From Trypanosoma brucei (lineage: Eukaryota): a stretch of DNA of 64,000 nt. The translations under genes and the position numbers were made by a program. Below are positions 53,221 to 64,000 of the stretch, in pieces. Each line of letters begins with the position of its first letter. Position 1 is the first letter of the stretch. The stretch is from NCBI GenBank assembly GCA_000002445.1, contig CP000070.1, positions 896,001 to 960,000 of the forward strand, read 5' to 3'. The notes under the pieces were generated by a model. It was not told where the DNA came from and ran no database searches. It saw nothing but the letters and a program-made list of their open reading frames with translations.

Positions 53221-54759
53221 TTTCTTTCTCTTTCCCCCCACAACCTCCGACGATAGCTTCCTATTTTTTTTTCCTCTCAACGTGCTGCTGTGGTCACACG
53301 AAGCCAGATGAAGTAGTGGAATCAACGGGAAACAACAACAGAATAAAGTGGTCGAAAGAATCATATGTATTTACATTAGATGAATTCTCCTTGCCACGCG
53401 AGCCGCGCACCCTCCTTTCTTCCTCCCTGTCTATTTCCGTTTCAAAATGTTAGGCTGCTGTGAGAGGCACAATTCCACAGTCTGTTATAATCCCCCTTTT
53501 CTCTGAGGGACAAAACATACAAAAGGATGACATTGGGATAAGGCACTTTTCCCACCTAAAAAAGGTGCACGCCCCTTCCCTGTTCATTCTGTAGCGTCCC
53601 TCCACACATGTATGGGACACGATACGTATGTATATATAAATATATAAATAATTATAAAGAAGGTGGAGGAGAAGGGAAAAAAAAGGGAAAAAGAGGATTT
53701 TCTCCAGCTTGACGCTACAAGTGAAAAAACGGGCTCCTCCATCCCTTTTCTTCTCCCTTATATTTGGACCTTTCAGTGGGCATTACATCGATGAACGGTA
53801 GCATTCACGCTCCATCATCATAGGAAGCTTTTCACTCTTTACGGGAACAAAGGCAGCTTCATTTCCGTGTGTCATCATCCCTTAAGCACTTCAGGTCGCG
53901 GTTATCGTTGGAAAACATTAATTCGCATTTGAAGGAGGGAATAATGAAATAATTAACAAAGGAAAGAAAGGGAAGAAAAGAGAAGAAGAGGAGTGAAGAG
54001 GGTGCAAAACTGCTCATGGTATTCTGCACAACAGATGCCGCACTCGGGTGATCAGTCATTTGAGCAGTCACAAGTGACCAAGTGAGAACGAGCTCATGAA
54101 AAGAAGTGAGAGAGGTATAATAAAAAGAAAAAAATGAAAAAAATGAAAAAAAAGAAAAAAGAGACAAACACAAACATACAGACAAAGTCGAATACCGAGA
54201 GAAAAGGAAAGAAATGGTCGTCGTCGTTGTTGTTAATATATATACTTTTTTTTTCTGCACAGGGTGGTAAGGACGTTTAAATAATGAAAAAGAAAACACA
54301 AAAAAAAAAATTACAATAAAAAAATGGGATGGGAAGTAAGGCACATAATGAACAACCGGAGTTATCACCTCTAAGAATGGATCAATAAACCGAAGTTTTC
54401 TTAAGAAAAAAAAAAAGAAAATAGGAAAACAGGAAAAAGGAAAAAGGAAAAAAAGTACGCATGAGGTTTCCTAGCCCTCCACCTTAGCAGTCATCCACAA
54501 CAATACAAATACGCGGAAGAGACTATAAAGCAAAATTAAAGAAAAAAAACTACAAAACAAAGAAAACAAAAGGTGCGACAACCGCCGAGTAGATGGATAC
54601 ATATGTATATGTATACATGTATATATGTATATGAGTGGATGATTGGATGGTTTTGTGTGTGGAAAGGAAATGTCTGCTGCATGCGATGGTTTTGTCTTCT
54701 CTTCGCTTTCTCATAATCAAATGCACTCATGCGATCACCCGTTCATCCATGCACACATG

Positions 54760-54792
<33 letters not shown>

Positions 54793-55053
54793 TGATCCAT
54801 CTAAACAACTGACTTTTACCCCCAAACCGCGTGGATGACCCCGTACGTTTCCTCAGAGGCACTTCCAGCTGGTAGTAATAATATTACAACCACTCGCACC
54901 ACCAACATCACCCACTTTGATCTTAAATGCCCTCTTTTCTTACTTTAAAAAAAAACGCAAGAGAGGAGCATTTCAGGACTTAATTACTTCCCTTTTTTGA
55001 TACTGCTTCAGCCTCTTTTGCCTTTTCTTTTCTTTTCCCTTTTTTTTCCACCC

Positions 55054-56967
55054 TCAAATATTGGGGAAAGAAACACCCAACACACTTCCTCCCGCACTTC
55101 GCCTTTCCTCGCGTGCGCTATCGCGGTCTCGCTCCTTTTGACAACTGTTGCTAAGGCCACCGTGGCTTTCACTGTGCCGTTTCTCACCACGCCACTCACG
55201 CGGTGTCCTGTTTGATTTTGTGCTACTTTTCCTTGTGCTATTCCCTCCCTTGCTTTCAGAAAGCGAAGATGTCTCTTCTGTACAGAAACTGAAGTGGCTG
55301 AACTTTGGTGTTCGGACGATGTCGTTAAACGCACCGAAAGGTGGTTCAAACACTCCCCCACCGCTGCTACGATCCCGCTGAAGGCTGGGAGCACATGGTG
55401 GAAGGGCAATTGAGCAGGAAAGCTCCGTGTCTTCAGGTGGGTTTTGAATCCATGGGTCCTCCAACAGTTCCAAAGCAGTCGATCGTTTCTCTGGGTCTCT
55501 TTGCAGACAGCGCATAAGGAAATCAAGGGTTTTACTTGAGAAGTTGTTTCCTTTTGGGATCATCGAAGACACCAACTCTCCCTTATGCTCCGCGACGCAC
55601 AACATGGTGCTGTATTGATTTTTCATATGCGAAAAGGGGGCACTGCCAGTTAGCATTTCAATAACACAACAGCCAACGGACCAAATGTCGCTTGACAGTC
55701 CCACCGGATCACCGACTATCGCTTCGGGAGCCATAAAATACGCCGTTCCCGCTGGTGTTGGGGGAACCCCGTTATGTTGCGGAGGTTGATTTTCAACCAA
55801 ACTCTTTGCGGTACCGAAGTCGGAAATCTTCAGAGTTCCATTCGGATCCACCAGCAGGTTGTCCCCCTTGAGGTCGCGATGTATAATATTTTTGCTATGC
55901 AAATACGCCAGTCCCTCCAACATTTGACGAGTGAATCGAGATGCCTGCTTCTCTTGAAACGGTCCGAATGTGCGAAGAACGCTGCTAATGCTGCCACCCG
56001 ACACGTACTCGAGATATATCCGTAGACAATTGTCAGCCCACTCGCCGCCCAGAAACTTGACGATATGGGGATGATCTAGCAGCTTCAAAGTGGTAAGCTC
56101 CCTCCTCACTGTATCCAGCAGTTGGCTGTCAGCGTTACTAGTGAACGCAATTTCCTTTACGGCGATAATCTGGTTTGTGTCCCGATTCATGGCTTGGAAT
56201 ACGACACCAAAGCTTCCTTTGCCAATAAGTGCCTTATGGGCGAGACTAACCCGCAGGGGTGTGCCGTCTCCCACGTCATTTGGTAGAGTAACACAACTTG
56301 GACTGATATTACCAATGGATTGTGTCCCCACCTTGCTACTTTCGTTGCTACTACACTTCCTTCCACTTCCCATAAGTATCCGCTTTTGTATCTCTCTGCC
56401 GCTGCTGCTCCTACTGCTGGGGGTACACTTCTCACTTGCACTAAGCAAACTAAACGGAGTATTGGGTGTCAAGGGCACCAAGTCTCCTGATACGAGGTGT
56501 GGCCTCGGGGGTTTTGCTCTTACAGACGGTGACGGTGAGAAGGCAGAAAGCAGCAGGTTTGAGGGAATGGGAGGTCCCCCTTCCTCACCATTTACTACTA
56601 TGTTGCCTCCTTCTACATTTCCCTGTGAAAGCGTTTTGGATGAGCCATGGACAGAAGATACCTTCCGGCTGGCCGGCACTCTCACGGTAACGTTATTTGT
56701 GCTCCTGCTGCTTGCAGGAGGTGTGCTGCCTTCACGCACTGTCGGGGGATCGGTTGACAAGACCTCCAATACGCAAGTGCTGAATCCGCGTCCTGGCGGG
56801 TTCGGGGGGGAACTGACGCAATTCTGTGGTGTAGATAGCACCCCATTGTTACTTGTGTTCATAGACTCACTGTTAGAGACGGAAAGTGAGTCACGACTCC
56901 CACGTCCCGAGGTCCCGACAACGCGCTTCTCAAAAGATAGTTTTGTTTTGCCACTCGAATTGGACAT
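55054..56967 (-). CDS. STE11-like MAP kinase kinase kinase (C-terminal kinase domain, S/P-rich N-terminal region)
   Basis: 'IGKGSFGVVFQA', 'AVKEI', 'HRDLKGDNLLV', 'ISDFGTAK', 'GTAYFMAPE' and 'DIWSVGCCVIEMLTG' are present. The HRDIKGANIL-type motif is characteristic of STE11/MEKK kinases. Confidence 0.75.
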   Translation of the reverse strand: MSNSSGKTKLSFEKRVVGTSGRGSRDSLSVSNSESMNTSNNGVLSTPQNCVSSPPNPPGRGFSTCVLEVLSTDPPTVREGSTPPASSRSTNNVTVRVPASRKVSSVHGSSKTLSQGNVEGGNIVVNGEEGGPPIPSNLLLSAFSPSPSVRAKPPRPHLVSGDLVPLTPNTPFSLLSASEKCTPSSRSSSGREIQKRILMGSGRKCSSNESSKVGTQSIGNISPSCVTLPNDVGDGTPLRVSLAHKALIGKGSFGVVFQAMNRDTNQIIAVKEIAFTSNADSQLLDTVRRELTTLKLLDHPHIVKFLGGEWADNCLRIYLEYVSGGSISSVLRTFGPFQEKQASRFTRQMLEGLAYLHSKNIIHRDLKGDNLLVDPNGTLKISDFGTAKSLVENQPPQHNGVPPTPAGTAYFMAPEAIVGDPVGLSSDIWSVGCCVIEMLTGSAPFSHMKNQYSTMLCVAEHKGELVSSMIPKGNNFSSKTLDFLMRCLQRDPEKRSTALELLEDPWIQNPPEDTELSCSIALPPCAPSLQRDRSSGGGVFEPPFGAFNDIVRTPKFSHFSFCTEETSSLSESKGGNSTRKSSTKSNRTPREWRGEKRHSESHGGLSNSCQKERDRDSAREERRSAGGSVLGVSFPNI

Positions 56968-59509
56968 TTTTGGTCGTCGTTAGTTGCTTATGCGCACAAA
57001 ACCAAAGGAAACAAACAAAAAGAGTGAAATAACTTTCCTTCCTTCACCCTTCTTTCCCCTGTACTAATGTTAACGATGACTATCGGTTTCCTTCGGCTCT
57101 TTTTTCTTCGTTTTCGTTAATGTGCCCGCTATTTGTTCGTTTTGCCCCAACTTCACCCTTTTGCCTCTCGCTTCCCTGAACAGTTAAATGATGCGACTAC
57201 CAAATGAGTTTCACTCTTCCGTTCCTAGGCGATTCCACAAGAGGGTGAACGCGTTTTGCGTTTGTATATATATATATATATATTAGTATAAGAAACAATG
57301 GTAAAATACGACTGAGGCTCCGCGTTTCTCTACGGCGTTTGGCACAGTTGCGCTAATTTTTGAAACGGAAATATATAATGTTCCGTTGCAACAAAGCAAC
57401 GCGCTCCCTCCCTTTGATGACGCTCAATAAGCCAATAATGATGGCTAATTACGGCAGCTGAGGTAATGATGATATAATGATGACAGTAGTAATAATGATA
57501 CCAAAAAAGAAAAAAATTACTATGAGCAGAATCCACACGCGCTTGAATTTTCTTCCGTTTTCAACTTCTCCTGGTACCTTTGTCCAACTCTTGCTCTTTA
57601 TTCTTCTTTTTCTTTCTAATATATATGTATATATCCCTCCCTTTTATATTCCTCTCCTTCTTTCTCTCTTGTACTGTTTTGTTTCCCCCACCACCACCAC
57701 CACCACGTCTCTTCCCTTATATCCCAACTACTTTCCTTTGCTTCCTCAAGCGCAGGATCAAAATATGAAAGTTACACAAAAGTGGTAACAACAGCAGCAG
57801 CAGTAATATATATTTATATGTTATTGTAGCTGAAGTTGTTGTTACTTCTTAACGCGTCACACACTCTTTTTTTTTTTTTTACTCCTCTCTCTCTCTGACT
57901 TTTATTTATTTTCCTTCTTCCCTCGTACTAAATGAATAAATATTCCTCTCTCGAGTATCCTCCCACACTCTTGCTTTCTTTCCTTCGTGGCACCGCAGGT
58001 GTTCCAAAATCGGTTCGCGGATGACTTTTTGCTTATTTGCTTTGATGAGTGTGTTGATGCGCCCAATCAAAACCTACAAAATATCATATATTGCAATACA
58101 AATATAAATATTTAGCAGAGGGACCCGGTGAGGCAACAGGCCAAAGTTCCTCTTCCTTTCCTTTGCACCACCGCGGCACTAATTTTTCTTTTATTTTCCT
58201 TCTTTCGTTATTTATTGATCTCTCCTCTGCAAGCGCGCGGTTTGAAGGAAAACAAGAGTAATATCAACAACAACAACAACAAAAGCGCAACCAAAACAAT
58301 ACAAAAATCAAACGAGTTAATCTGAAGTAAACAAAAGAAGATGGAAACGGAGATTATAAAAACAACAGATAAAAATTAAATAAGTAAGTTAACTAAAGGA
58401 ACAAGAACAAAGGTCGTAGAGAAAAAAAAATTCAACCTTACAAAAAAAAAAAAACAAGCACAAACACACAAAAAATTAAAAAAAGGTCACAGAATCGAAC
58501 TAAAATGCGAAAATTAAAAAGAAACAAAAAACAAAAAAAGGGATAAGAGAAAGAAACGAGAGCGCGTGTAAGACTAACAAATGAAAACTCTGCACTCACC
58601 GCCTCAGCTACCTTTTAGGGGTATGGAGTGAAGCACTACACATCGTATGCACCAATTGTGGAAGTAATGGAAGAAGTGACAGAAAGGAAAGATGACGAGA
58701 GAAAAAGTCAAAGAGAAAAGAGAAGAGAAGAGAGGAGAAGTGAATTGAAGTGAAATCGACAGGAGATTTATGAAGCATGGAGGAGAAGTTAGAGGCAAAT
58801 TGCTTTATCAATCGTGTTCTTAATGTTGTTGGCATTGCAGATATGTCGTAAGAGGACCTTACGAAATTAACCAAAAGAAAAAAAGAGTACACATCGAAGC
58901 GTCACAAATTAGTAAAGGGTGTAACGGGAGAGCACAAACGATGGTTACAAGAATGAATTAAGCAAAGATAAAAAACGACGGACAAAAGTGAACAAAAACA
59001 TGTTAAGGATTACGTATATGTCTCTGTGTGCATATAGATATAATATATATATATATATATTATAGTTGTTATCATTATTATCATCATTATTATCCATGAA
59101 TGACGACGCATATACTCCCTCTTTAATTATCGCGCACGCCCAGAAGCTGCAGCGCGGGGGAAAACGAAAAAGAAAACGTCGGGAACCACTTTGACATTTG
59201 CAAGAAGGCAATACAGCACCCAACACTTAATTACGAAAGCAGATGGTAAACATCGATTAAAAGGGTTGATGAAGGGCGTAGCGAAGTGGTGATGAAAATA
59301 CACCAGAAAAAAAATGTATATCTGAAAGAAAAAAAAACTTTGTAATCAAAAATAACAGCAGCAGGCCAAGTATCGAAGGGAAAGGAAACCAAGCTGACTG
59401 ACAAATGCTACGTTCACAGCCATGTGATCACGCACATGTGAAGAAAAGCAAATCCAATAAACATAAGGTGGCATTCCTCTTTTCCCTCCGTGCCGTTCCA
59501 CCCCATCCT

Positions 59510-61459
59510 TCAATACGGGAAGATATCTGAAAAGACGTCCTCAAACTTAGCTCCGTTCCACGGTTCCTTTTCACTTAACAGAGAAGGACGAGGCCCATGA
59601 TGTGACACTCCCTTCTGCACCCCCGCACCAGCAACAACATCATCGATGGGCTTCGCTGCTGAGGGGCGACGCGGCAATGGTGACGTGACCAAATGACCCA
59701 CTGGACCCAACTTTGTGACAAAGTTTTTGCGTGGTTGGCCTCGCTTCTTGCTGCTGTTGCTGTTATGAACTGTGCTCACTGGCATTCCCGAAAGAGACGG
59801 ACTGCGGCTGCAGCGTGTTGCCTTCACCTGACTTGAAGGACGGATCAGAGCAACGGAATGGTGATTACGTGGTGGCGATGATGGAGGGGACTGTGGATGT
59901 GACAAAGATGGGGTTTCGTTTCCACCTTCCCAGTGTTTGTCCGACTCTGCAGATTTCGGTTTTGCACCCAGTGGATAAGTCCTACGAGCTGGAGTGGCAA
60001 CATCCGGTGGCAACCGAGGCCGCTTCTTCTCCGTCTGCGCAGCTCCTCGAGCACGCGGTACCACCAACTTGGCGGGGTTTGTTAGCTGAAACCAACTTCT
60101 AGTTGCGTCAGCCTTTTCCTCGCGACGCAGAGGCGACACATCCCGCTGCAGTTTCTGCTTCTTCACCGCCTCCAAATCCAATTGCCGTTGGGTAACTGCC
60201 TCTTGGCGCGCCGCCTCCTCACCTTCCGCGAGTGCACGCCGCGTTAGCAATTCCTCTGCACAAAGTCCTTCACGGGCCTCTTTCTGTAGCAGTAACAAGC
60301 GCCGCGCAAAGAGACGTGCCTCGTGCGCTTTGCGCGCCCTTGACACCTCCCCTTCAAGTTGTGACCACTCCTTGTGAATGTCCGCCGCGCGGGACCGCTG
60401 CCGACAGTAAAGAAGCCGCAAGGCACCGCACAGAAGCCGGAGTGATGCGTTGCGGCGCTGAAAGATGGCCTCTGAAGTGCGTGCCACCTCAAGCTCTTCT
60501 GCGGAAAGGGCCCTTCCACTTTCTGTTTGTGCAGTTTCCTCTTTCAAGCGGTCCCGCTGGCACCGCAAACCTCCCACCCATGTGTTCATCATTTCTGAAA
60601 CAACCTCCGTTTGTGCTTCAGCAGCCGAAACAACCGTATGTAAGAGTCCACACCGCCACGACACGAACCTGAAGTAAACCTCCGCACGCTGGTGCTTTAC
60701 TGCCTGGGTGTCGGCCGCTGTAAGTGCACCCTGTAGCGCCATACGACATATATCGTTGCGTGCTTCAGCTTCTGAAGACTCCACTCGAGCTGCTGCCAGC
60801 TCACTTTCCCTCACCAACTGCTGCAACTCGAGTCTCTGGGCGACGCCGCGCAACCTGTCACTCTCAGCAAGTGTTGCAACGGAGTGCTGCTCATATTCTT
60901 CCCTCAGCCCCGCAGTCAACTGTCTTTCTTGCTTATACGCATCGTCCAAACGCACCGTCTCCGCGCTATGCTCCACCAGACGCTGCGCTACTCGTGAATG
61001 CACTTCACCAACCCGACGTAACACAATGACCAGTTGGTTCACACGCTCCAGATTCTTCACAACATCACCCAGTTGCTCACGAAAGACTTGGCGCTCTTGC
61101 AAGGCATGCAACACCAGTGCCACTCGAGCTGGGTATCCCGCCCACGCGATTTCACATCCCTCCAGAGTCTCCCGTAGTCGCGCGGTTTTCTTCTGTTCAT
61201 CTTTAATGAAAACCGCGAGCGCGCCAAACTTTACGTTACCCTGCTGCAACTGTTGCCGTAGTCGTGAATTCTCTTGCTTCAGTTCACTCAAATCTTGCGT
61301 TCTGCGTTCCACGTCCGTAATGACTTCCTTGAGACCAAAGAAAAGTGACCGCTTCGTGCGCTCCATTTCCATGAGCCGCGCCTCCAGCCGCTCATAATTG
61401 CTGGCTTGCACCACCTTCTGTTGTAGCAGCGCATCGGCACAGCCCTCCAGTGTCGACAT
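59510..61459 (-). CDS. Coiled-coil protein (649 aa), hypothetical
   Basis: Long heptad-rich, E/R/L/Q-rich sequence throughout. I recognised no catalytic motif. Confidence 0.45.
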   Translation of the reverse strand: MSTLEGCADALLQQKVVQASNYERLEARLMEMERTKRSLFFGLKEVITDVERRTQDLSELKQENSRLRQQLQQGNVKFGALAVFIKDEQKKTARLRETLEGCEIAWAGYPARVALVLHALQERQVFREQLGDVVKNLERVNQLVIVLRRVGEVHSRVAQRLVEHSAETVRLDDAYKQERQLTAGLREEYEQHSVATLAESDRLRGVAQRLELQQLVRESELAAARVESSEAEARNDICRMALQGALTAADTQAVKHQRAEVYFRFVSWRCGLLHTVVSAAEAQTEVVSEMMNTWVGGLRCQRDRLKEETAQTESGRALSAEELEVARTSEAIFQRRNASLRLLCGALRLLYCRQRSRAADIHKEWSQLEGEVSRARKAHEARLFARRLLLLQKEAREGLCAEELLTRRALAEGEEAARQEAVTQRQLDLEAVKKQKLQRDVSPLRREEKADATRSWFQLTNPAKLVVPRARGAAQTEKKRPRLPPDVATPARRTYPLGAKPKSAESDKHWEGGNETPSLSHPQSPPSSPPRNHHSVALIRPSSQVKATRCSRSPSLSGMPVSTVHNSNSSKKRGQPRKNFVTKLGPVGHLVTSPLPRRPSAAKPIDDVVAGAGVQKGVSHHGPRPSLLSEKEPWNGAKFEDVFSDIFPY

Positions 61460-62558
61460 GATGTCGAGATTTGGCGCAGTAAAGAGAGATTCAAAAGGAA
61501 GCTAAACACTCTGACAATGATGATGATGATTAGATCCTGAGACGTTAATATCCTTCGGACTCGCTGACTCTTGTAAAGGGACGTCGCTCTTTGCCTCTTG
61601 TCCCTTCTCCTTTATGTTCCCGCCAAAGTAATCGATGCCCTTTGGTTGACCCCTAGTGGAACTGAGAGCTGCAATTATGGACTCTGTATTATTCCCTCAA
61701 TGGGGTAACGGGCGGCAGTTTTGTTCTCTTCCAATCAATTGCTTGAAAATAATACAAGAAAATATCGACGGTAAAAAGAATACGAAGCAAGAAAATGAAG
61801 GAAAAAAAAAAGGAAAACATCGCATGAAACACTTTTCAACTCACGTCTTACTGGCATCCCTACCACGTTTGGGTCTTGCACACCTGTTGGAACAGTATGC
61901 AAATATACGAAAATACCTATACATGGCAGTTACTCAATAACAGAAAAGCACGTGAATGCACCTGTAAGTAGCAGGAAATGATTATGTCGTAAACATTTGG
62001 CGCCATTGTGCACACAGGGCCAAGTGTTCCACAACACACAGCAGCAGCCGCTCCAGCTGAGTGAAGGTGGTAGTTGCCATCTGGAAAGATGTAACGATAA
62101 CAACGACAAAAAAAAATACATTAGCGGTCACCAGACGTGTCTTGGACCAAATTGCACCCCAAGGAAACGACAGAGTAACAGCCTCCCACAGAAAGATAAA
62201 GGGAAAGAAATAGGGGTTAAAGGGTAACAACAACAACAACTATAGGAACGAAAGCTCCTTAAGTGATAAAACGTTGGTTGCAATCACACATAAGAAAATG
62301 TCACGGCCATGTGAAAACTATTAGGGGGGCTGGCCTCATACTGTACAGAGCAGTCTAGAGGGGGGAGGGTGAAAAAAAAAAAGGATCAGAATAAGGGATA
62401 TGTGTCCTATAGTAAGCAAAAAAGATCAAAGCCCTCCTTCATTGTAGTGAGGTCATAAGAGCACGGGAGAACGATCCCGTGGTTTTCTTTCCATAAATCA
62501 ACGCCGGGACCCGTCCCACTGTTTTTATGAGACGCTTAACATTCGCTCGCCCTGTTCC

Positions 62559-63992
62559 CTACGGTGAATTTGCCGAGCATGCTACCATCTTATATACGGA
62601 CAGAAGCTGCTGTAATACAATTTTCGTGCTTTTGAAAACTGTGGGGAAGCGCGCGACAAGACGTCGGAGCTCCCGTTCCAGAAAAGGTTGCGCTGGGGTT
62701 AGTGTTTCCTCTGTTGGTGAGCTGGATCCACAGCCTTCATCCTCATCGTCATCACTATCAAAGGCCGGCACGTGCCGCTGGTTCACTCTCAGTAGAATGA
62801 ACGGCGCAATGTCGTCGTCGTTGACACCATCAGTTGCCACCCTATTCTGGTAGTAGCGAAAGGAATCATCCAGATATGTTTCAATGCCTGAAACAATGGC
62901 GCGTTGAGTGTTCGTTGGGAGAGCAACTAGAGTGCAGGCCAGTAGTGGCCCCATGCTACCCAGGTAGATAAACGACCGCTGATCTGTTCGCGTGAAATTA
63001 AGGGCTTGCACAACAGAAAGAGAACGAAGAGCACGCCACATATGCACAACAAACATCGGGTTTTCATTATTAGTTGTCGGCAACATGTTCTTTAAATCCA
63101 GCACCCCGCCTCCTTTGCTCTGGCGTGACTGCAGCGGGTTAGTTGAATCCATCCTTGCAAAACTATCACCCAAACCCAGACACGGCAATGACTCCAAGGT
63201 ATTACCCATACCACCACTTAAGTTGGACGAAGTTAAGTCACCGTGCCTTTCGTGAGCAGCTTTCACCAGTCGCAAGAGTTCCGCCTGTTTGCCCCCACCT
63301 TTGGCAGACTGCTGAATGAGTGTTAACCTCGTAAGAAACGTGTTTCCCTCTGACTGAAGTCGCTTGACGTAATCGTCGTGAAGCACTGCCTTCACAGTCT
63401 GTATGTCCTGGGCCAAACCACGAACGGACTTAAGGTTAATCCTTGCGCGCACAACCAGTGGATACAGATGACCCAAATCAGATGCAATCTTGTGAGCAGG
63501 AAGCGCCACACAGCAGGAAAAAACAATTGCATCGGGCCTCAACAACCGTGTCAGGGGTTCATCCTTCCGAGAAGATTCGCCTGGACTATCTTTCACATTT
63601 TTGCGGCTACTACCGCGCTCGCTAGTTTCCATGGTTCGCCACTTTTCTACAACGTCTCGCAGCGTCCGCTTCCTGGGGCGTCGCCGATCCTTCACGGCAC
63701 CCCCGACCTCATCCACCTCATCAGTCCTGCTACCACCTGCAGCTTCATTATCCACTAATCCCACGGCAGCTGGGGTTAGACTACAGCGAGGACAATAAAT
63801 TTTTGCAAAATCATGAAACTGACTCTGCTGGCACGCAATAATGAGAACATGACACTGCATTAGTGCCTGTCTTCCTGCATCCTTAGCAACACACTGCACT
63901 CCTTGCGCGGCGAAGCATGCGACAGCTTCGGGTCGTTGCGTGACAATTGTGACACGCGATGGGTGAACCAGCTCACGCACCCTAAGGAGCAA
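62559..63992 (-). CDS. Hypothetical protein (at least 477 aa), possibly N-terminally truncated by the window edge
   Basis: The ORF begins at a Met 8 nt from the window end, and the frame is open upstream of it, so the protein may be longer than shown. No motif recognised. Confidence 0.4.
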   Translation of the reverse strand: MLLRVRELVHPSRVTIVTQRPEAVACFAAQGVQCVAKDAGRQALMQCHVLIIACQQSQFHDFAKIYCPRCSLTPAAVGLVDNEAAGGSRTDEVDEVGGAVKDRRRPRKRTLRDVVEKWRTMETSERGSSRKNVKDSPGESSRKDEPLTRLLRPDAIVFSCCVALPAHKIASDLGHLYPLVVRARINLKSVRGLAQDIQTVKAVLHDDYVKRLQSEGNTFLTRLTLIQQSAKGGGKQAELLRLVKAAHERHGDLTSSNLSGGMGNTLESLPCLGLGDSFARMDSTNPLQSRQSKGGGVLDLKNMLPTTNNENPMFVVHMWRALRSLSVVQALNFTRTDQRSFIYLGSMGPLLACTLVALPTNTQRAIVSGIETYLDDSFRYYQNRVATDGVNDDDIAPFILLRVNQRHVPAFDSDDDEDEGCGSSSPTEETLTPAQPFLERELRRLVARFPTVFKSTKIVLQQLLSVYKMVACSANSP

Positions 63993-64000
63993 TTCAACAA

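Noticed and set aside
56090-56983. 297-aa plus-strand ORF
   Set aside because: Antisense to the N-terminal S/P-rich region of the STE11-like kinase. No motifs. All other genes are on the minus strand.
60708-61397. 229-aa plus-strand ORF
   Set aside because: Antisense to the coiled-coil gene. S/R/C-rich composition typical of coiled-coil antisense.
62559-64000. Possible additional upstream exon or extension of the 477-aa ORF
   Set aside because: The frame is open to the window edge, so a longer protein is possible. It cannot be evaluated without sequence beyond 64000.

Overview
This looks like a trypanosomatid (Trypanosoma-like) nuclear chromosomal segment. The evidence is in the sequence: the protein ORFs are intron-less, there are many G-runs and homopolymer A/T runs, and (TA)n and (CA)n microsatellites are very frequent in intergenic DNA (about 50% GC). 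All 19 credible protein-coding ORFs are on the minus strand between about 6.9 kb and 64 kb, as expected for one polycistronic transcription unit read from right to left. The first 6.9 kb has no credible ORF on either strand.

By motif and pattern I can recognise these genes:
- a SAC-domain phosphoinositide phosphatase (Fig4-like) and, about 5 kb away, a Vac14-like HEAT-repeat protein
- a prostaglandin-E-synthase-2-like Grx/GST protein with a CPFC motif
- a mitochondrial pyruvate carrier subunit
- a C2-domain protein with two arrays of in-frame tandem repeats
- a roughly 1760-aa WD40 plus coiled-coil protein of the CFAP43/CFAP44 flagellar family
- a NEK kinase with a poly-Q tract
- a p24/emp24 cargo receptor
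- a double-length, pseudo-dimeric tyrosyl-tRNA synthetase
- a DnaJC3/p58IPK-like protein with TPR repeats and a J-domain
- a STE11-like MAP3K
- several hypothetical proteins

I found no tRNA, rRNA, SL-RNA or CRISPR signatures. Functional calls rest on motifs recognised by eye and not on database searches, so they need HMM or BLAST confirmation.
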